NCBI RefSeq assembly: GCF_036321535.1
Contig: NC_087436.1
Coordinates: 38,814,001-38,878,000 of the forward strand
Length of the DNA: 64,000 nt
Direction of reading: 5' to 3'
From: Camelus dromedarius
Taxonomy: Eukaryota
A program made the position numbers and the translations under genes. Every line of letters begins with the position of its first letter. Positions within the stretch are counted from its first letter, which is position 1. A model generated the notes under the pieces. That model ran no database searches. It was not told where the DNA came from and saw only the letters and a program-made list of their open reading frames with translations. Below are positions 57,129 to 64,000 of the stretch, one piece after another.

Positions 57129-57203
57129 ATAGCAGAACTTGTTGCGACTGAATTTTTTGACCAAGGAGACAGAGAGAGAAAAGAACTCAACATAGAGCCC
57201 ACT
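57129..57203 (+). CDS. PDE5A: PDE5A coding exon (~exon 19, EFFxQGD motif)
   Basis: atttcag|ATA GCA ... CCC ACT|gtaagt; [25 protein letters not shown]; 75 bp, phase 0-0. Confidence 0.97.
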
Positions 57204-58480
57204 GTAAGTATGAGACCTTGTTGGCAGGTATTACTCATATATATTTTCTACTGTAGACTTCTTTTCATGTTTCTGTGAGATCTTAGGAAAGCAGTTTCTC
57301 ATCATTTTTAAAACCTTTTTTCTTACTGGAAGAATTATACATGTTTGTTGTAGAAAACAAGCAAATAACAGAGAACAAAAAAGGACTCTGAGGCATCATG
57401 TCATACCTACTTTTGTAATTTGCTTTTCCCATTTAAATGTCTTTCTAACAGATGCCTTCTTATGTATCATTTATAATGGGTACATGAAATAGATGTAACC
57501 ATAATTTACTGTTAGGTATAATGTTTACTGAGTTCACCGTTACAAACAGCACTTGATAAACATCTATGTTGCTAAATGTTTGTGTGCCATTTTTCAGGAT
57601 ATTGTTAGGATAATTTCCCAGAATTGCTGTTCTGGGGTGCACAGATTTTAAAGAAATTTGATACATACTGCCTTTTTGCATAGAGTAGGGAATGTCAGAT
57701 ACCAGAAGAATATTCTTCTCAGACCATTGGAGAAGTTTTTCCTGGAAATGAAGCATAGGGTCTTTTCCTTCTTTTTTTTTTTTTCAATTCAGATGGACAT
57801 TTATTGAGCCCATATGAAATGGGACATGGTTACGAGCTGCCCCTCCCCTGTGTACCATTCCCTCCACGCTGCTCTTCATCCTCAGCTGGGGATGTCCTGT
57901 CTCATTAGCCTTCTGCAATTATTTAGTCTCCTGTGATGTAGTAGTAGCTTCTTGAGGAGCTCAGAATCTTCTCAGAAAATGACGGGTAGCAGAGTGATGG
58001 TCACAGGTAATGGAAAACTTGTTTCATTTTAAACAAGCACTGAGACAGACTCTTTGCCTCCTGTGGAGATGCTGAGCTCATCTGGTGCACCAGTCAGGAG
58101 CTCCTGAGAATAAGCAGCAGTGACACCTGCGTAATCTTCACTCAAAACGCTCTGCGTGTGAATTGAGTTGTAATTAAGTGTGGCCTCAGTGGCTTCTTCC
58201 ACAAGCTGAAGAGTGTTTGATTCCACATCATTAGACAATGTGAAAGCATGTGTGTTCTCCAAATACACGTCAGCAACGGACTCTAGGTCAGCAGTTGACT
58301 CTAGGTCAGCGATCAGTTCAGGGGCTCGTATGGGAAAGTCACAGCCGGCAAACAAGGGAGAGAGGGCCAGGGCCTTCCTGAGCATGGTGTGGTGTGAGGT
58401 GCAGGAGGCTCAAGAAGGCAAGGAGGCAGGTAGGCAGGTATCCGGCCTCCCTCAGCTCACCTAGCAATGCAGCTTTTTAG

Positions 58481-58663
<183 letters not shown>

Positions 58664-59124
58664 TGACCATGTTATGAATTAAAACCTAAAATAAATTGAA
58701 GCAATTAACACCAGGAGATTATTTGCTTCTTAATCAAGAAACTGGAAGTAAAATTATCAGAATGATTTCTTTTGCCAAGGAATATGCTGTTTGTATTGAC
58801 CAAGGAATATATTTTATATCTACTGTTTCTCAAAAACTTTAATGTATGTTGTATAACAACTGAGTGGTGCCTACTGTGTGGTAAATAAGCTCCAGCAAAC
58901 TGATGCAGGAAATGCTAAGAAAACTCATGTCCCTCAAGGAGGTATAGTGTGCATATTCCGTGTTAGCATATTCTAAGTCTAAATAAGGAAAAAGAATTAT
59001 GTAACTTTTTCTTATGTCATAGTGTGGCTTTACTATTGTTAAGAACATTTTTATAAGGATTAAAAGAAGGTGGAAGAATATTGCAGGTTCCCATTTCCAT
59101 AGACCTGTTGGCTTGGGGTTGTTG

Positions 59125-59127
<3 letters not shown>

Positions 59128-59181
<54 letters not shown>
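59128..59181. repeat. (TTA)18 microsatellite preceded by short (GTT)n
   Basis: 18 perfect units. Confidence 0.95.
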
Positions 59182-59183
<2 letters not shown>

Positions 59184-60815
59184 TGGGGGTTTTGGTAAAG
59201 ATACTCTCCCTAAAACATCTAGTTTACTAGCTTAGATGTTTATGCCCCCAATACAGAAAGTAGATGCTGTCCTGGTCTTTAAAAGTTTAAACAGGACACT
59301 CTTAAGCTTTACTTATTTGGGAAAAAAACATCTATCATGGAGTTATCACAGACTGTCAAGACCAGAAGAAACCCTAGAAATCTTCTAACCCAGACATCTC
59401 ACAGATCAGTCACTGGCTCTGCGACGTCCCTCTCCCAGGGAGAGGGAATGTCTGTCCCAGCCAAACAGGCAGGTAGTGGGAGAACTGCACTCAGAGACCA
59501 GTTCTTATGTGGATCTGGGGTTTTAGTCATCAAATGAATTTAATAAAGAAGCTGTGGCTGATGAGGGAAAAAAGAGGAGGAAAGGACGGGAAAGACAGCG
59601 GAAGAAAAAGGACAAAAGAACATCCGGTGTAGGTGTTATGCCTCTGCACCGCTGTCTCCTACCTTTCTCGGCGACCTGCTTTTCACTCCTGTGCAGAAGT
59701 GTGTTCAGAGGAGTGTCCCCAACACCCTTGGATCGCTCCTTCTTTCCAAAGCAGGTACTTTCCTTATGGTTTGGCCTAAGAGTTCCTTGGTTGCAGATAC
59801 TAATGTCTCTCTTGATTTTTCTCCCCCCTATTCCTGTAAATATAGTCAAAATAACAATCAGATCACCCATTATAGCTTTCATCTTTCTACATTTCATATT
59901 TGTGCCAGGATTCATCTTCTTTGAATCTGCTGTTAAATTCTATGGATATAAATATGCATTTTTACTATTATTACAGAAGTCATTTGTTAGAGAAAAATTA
60001 TAGATATGCATGTTACTTTTATTACAGAAGTAATATGTTGTAGAGAAAAATTAGAATACAGAGAAGCAAAAAGAAAATCACTTAAAATTCCACTTAACCA
60101 CTGTTACCTCATTTTTGTGTATATACTGTATTTTTAGATGTTTTTCGTTTAAAAAAATTGCTTTGCAATCCATATTATACTGTATGTCTTTCTGTTTCAA
60201 ATGTGTTTCTATGACATTTTTAACGGTTGCAAAATGTAACACAATATTCCTAACCCTGTTGTTGGGTATTTAAGTCACTTCCAATGTTTGTCTATTACAA
60301 AGAAATTTGCAGTGAGCATTCTTGTAGCTAAATATTTAAGGCACTACAGTTGGTAAATAATAATGCCACATACAGTTATAAATTAATCTTTATTATTATA
60401 ATCTTGGATAAAAATCTACTTAAGTACATTGTATAAAATCATTTTATAGAAAAACACAAAAACTAAGCAGCTCTCAATGCAGTCACCACTCAGGGAGAGC
60501 CATCTGTACTACATAAAAGCAAAATGGATTATTTTCCTGCAAAGCGGATTCTGCACAGATCTGTCTCCCAGCTCAGCAGTGTCATTTTGGAATGTGTGCA
60601 TTTGCTCTCTCTGTCTCAGCATGTATGCTTTGTCTATATAGTTTAAGAGAAATCACTCATAAGTGATCTGTGTGTATGTTCACACAGGTTGTGAAAACCC
60701 CAGCAGTGGTCTGCTCATGAAGTAAGGGTGCGACATGGCCCACTGGGACAGGCCTGCGGAGAGGGCTCATTCCTGGCTGCCTTCTGAGTCATTGACTTTC
60801 TTTTTCTTTCTTTAG

Positions 60816-60953
<138 letters not shown>

Positions 60954-63900
60954 GTGGCCTGTTCACACAGAGTTGAAGTTTACAGACGGTGTATTCTGCA
61001 GTATGCCTAGTTTTGCTATACACTGTACTGTATTTGGTGTATACTCTGCCACTGCTGTATTTTTATTTTTGCACAACTTTTGACAGCATAGCATGAAATG
61101 TTTTTAGAGGACTCTTGCATATTTTCTGTATATTTGTTTTATGCCACTGAACTGAGATTATCAGTGACACCCACTCTTAGCACTTGGGTAACAGCACTAT
61201 TTGTGATATTTTGTGTACTGCAAAGTACAAGCTGCATTCTTGCACTGAGATGGTTTTTGTTTGTTTGTTTTGCTTGGGGACTTTAAATAATTGGTTTTGT
61301 GTTTTCTGAATTACCAGTCTTTCAAGAATGTTTGGAATTTTTTCTTTCTCAAAAATAGGCTAGGAGCAAACTGAATATATTCTGTGACATTTAAAACCTT
61401 CACAGGATAGAGAAAAACATTGGCTGAGTGGATTTTAAGGGGAATGGGGTATATTTGTCGACAGTGTTTTACTTTAACAAAAAAAAAAAAATTGAAACTC
61501 TGAAACAAATGGAAGGTACTGGAAGGCAATATTGTAAAGAAAAGCTAAAATTTAATTAATCTGCTTTTTTTTTGTTAGAGAACAGGTGGGAGAGAAATTT
61601 CTCATTTCAGTGCAGTACATCTATCCAAAGGCTACCCATAAAGTTGCTTCAGTCTACCCTATCTGATGGAAAGCAGGGAAGACCGTGGGAGAAGACCCAG
61701 CACTGATTTTTCTACTTTACTGAGGGACGAGTGTGATCCAGAGATGGAACGGCCAAGGCTGTCTGGCAGTGAAGTAAACGTTCTGCTGGAGGACACTTCT
61801 GAGAGTCAGTGAGTGTTTTGAACACTGAATTTCCTTTTAAAATAACTTCCTTATGTTCACCTTATAAGCCATACTTTGTACGTTAACATCTTAAAACTCA
61901 AGAGAAAAGCAAGAAAAAGTGATCGTGGGAGCACTGGCTTGCAGCGAAATATGACTATGTAGGATAACAGGGTACAGAATGAATCTCTTTTTTTCTCTCT
62001 CTGTTAAATGGAGTATAGAGAAAAGTTTTAATTGTATAAACAGCAAAGGGCTATCCTTGATATTGGGGTCAAAAATTAAACTGAGGGAGCAATATGGTAA
62101 GAAATCTTAAGCCTGAGAAAAGCTTAGCAGGATTGAGTTTGTGATTGAGAAACTGCCATATTTTGGTTTACAGGACTAGTCAACCCAGAATCACAGAAGT
62201 TTGGGTAAACACCCTAAACACTGGTCCTGAGCTTGTAGTTAGTTGGTGGTGCCTACTTCTCTTAGCTTATTTTAGTACATTTAGAAAATGTTAACATTTT
62301 CTCAGAACTTGAGCCCATGTAAGTGTATTGCCATTGTACATGTGTGCCCCTAAAAGCACTTTTCTTCCATACTGGACAAGTGGATAATGAATTGAGCACC
62401 TGGTTCAGGAAAAGCAAATCTGCTCCAAATATGCGGTACTGTTTGGACTCGGGGAAGAGTAGGAAGAGAGGTATTTATTTGGTCTGTTAAACCCTTTCCC
62501 TACCATCTAAAAAAGTTTCTAAGTCTCTATCACTAGTTTGGATAGAAAATCTCTTAGGGATATGGTAATACAGTATCTTGAAGACTTTTCACTAAAACGT
62601 TATTTTCCGTTCATATCCTTTTTTCCCCCTAAACTGCCTAAAATTCAACATATTCATTAAGTTTTTAAAATTATGTGCGTGTGTATGTATCTTGACATAA
62701 AGTGGCTTTATTCTTGCCGTTCAGGTTAAAAAAAAAAAAGCAAAGCAAATTGTATTGCCATTACTTTGTAGTGGTAAAGGCTAGCCTAGAAGGTTCTCAA
62801 CTGTTTAATGTTACATGTATTATTATTGTTGTTGTAACACTTGCATTTTTAGGATGTTATTCTGTTTTTATTTTCTGTCATACACATGAGATCTGTAAGG
62901 TTGCCTCTTGGTGGCACTGGTGTGTAATCTACACAGGTTGTCGCTAAAATAATGTATCTACGTATTGGTATACACCTACGCATGCAGACATAATTCCCTA
63001 GTGTAGAAAAATTGTTTTAAGAATAGCAGTCTTTAATAACCTATCTTTTTGTCATACACATTGTGATTTAGCCGTTATGCTAAAATCTGTAGTCAAATAC
63101 TTTAGTAGTTTGTCTACAGCCCTCTAATATATGTCACTGAGATTTTTTAAAGACATAGTAGACTATGTCTGGAGGATTTGTATGTGTGTCATTTTAATAA
63201 TCAAGAAGATATATTTAGGTTAGAAATTGTTTGGTTTACCTTTAGATAATGGTTTATTTTACTTTACTAGTTTAGAAATTGAAAGAGGTTAGGCCATGCC
63301 ATGCCATGCCTATTTTATTTTATTTTGGGATATTTTAGATCATACAGAAGAAGAGTGCTTTTTTAGAACTGGTTAGTCGGTTCAAATAATTTTTAATTTT
63401 TAGGAAAATCATTCCATACATGGGTATATATCTGGTACCTGGGCACAAACTTTGTTCTTATGTGAATATTTCCTTTCCAGTATCTTTTCAAGTTGTTAAA
63501 ATATATACATGTAGTCTTCCCTCACCCTGCTGTGTATTACCTGTAACTAGCAAGAAGCTGTTCTTTTTCTAGATTAGTTTGTTTGGTTTTGTTATAGCTG
63601 AATAACATGATACCATTTCATTTCAATTTTCAGCCCCCAAAGTCCCCACTATTTTACTAAGTTGTAAGAAGACGTCTATAAAATTCCTGGCCCTATACTT
63701 CCCATAGGATTGCGTGTTGCCGGTCACTATCCTGTGGGAACTTCTGTAAATCTCTTAACTTCTGTGGGCGTGAACAAGTTGCGCTATTAAAGGAGTTATG
63801 TTCAGGCTAAGCCTTGTCTCCAAGGAGGATGTCACAGAAGGTAGCTACTGTGTAAGCCCAAACGGGCCCTGGAGGCCACTGTCAGAAATGGGCTTTCAGG

Positions 63901-64000
63901 CCACAGAGCACACCATCTAATCCCATGCGTCATTTCCTACGCTGCGTTTCCAAGACTGAAAAAAGACAGTACATTTATTTGGCTTCTCATGCCGATCACT
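60954..64000 (+). other. PDE5A: PDE5A 3' UTR (probably continues beyond the window)
   Basis: AT-rich sequence after the stop codon, no recognisable TEs. No canonical AATAAA noticed; variant ATTAAA at 62075 and 63786. Confidence 0.75.

Noticed and set aside
59523..60003. Overlapping 149-aa (+) and 130-aa (-) ORFs in intron 20
   Set aside because: Non-ATG start for the + ORF, low-complexity K/R then F/L/I composition that mirrors purine and pyrimidine tracts, and no recognisable domain

Overview
Mammalian genomic DNA containing the 3' half of PDE5A (cGMP-specific phosphodiesterase 5A) on the + strand. There are 14 GT-AG coding exons (3646-60953; exons 8-21 by recalled human PDE5A1 numbering). 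They splice in frame to 1429 nt: one split-codon base, 475 codons and TGA. They encode most of GAF-B and the full catalytic domain, followed by about 3 kb of 3' UTR that probably runs past the window. A tRNA-Ala-derived Vic-1-type SINE and cetartiodactyl-type L1 3' ends suggest a camelid (inference). Introns contain old L1M, L2, MIR, MER5 and ERVL/MaLR LTR remnants plus microsatellites. I found no convincing new multi-gene system. The best leads are a 30-bp copy of exon 12 inside intron 12, an antisense acidic 118-codon ORF with Kozak context and polyA geometry in intron 19, a CArG/MCAT site next to a CpG-enriched candidate enhancer in intron 11, competing splice acceptors at catalytic-domain exons, and two small L1 insertions with target-site duplications. 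Repeat boundaries are approximate and families were assigned by eye.
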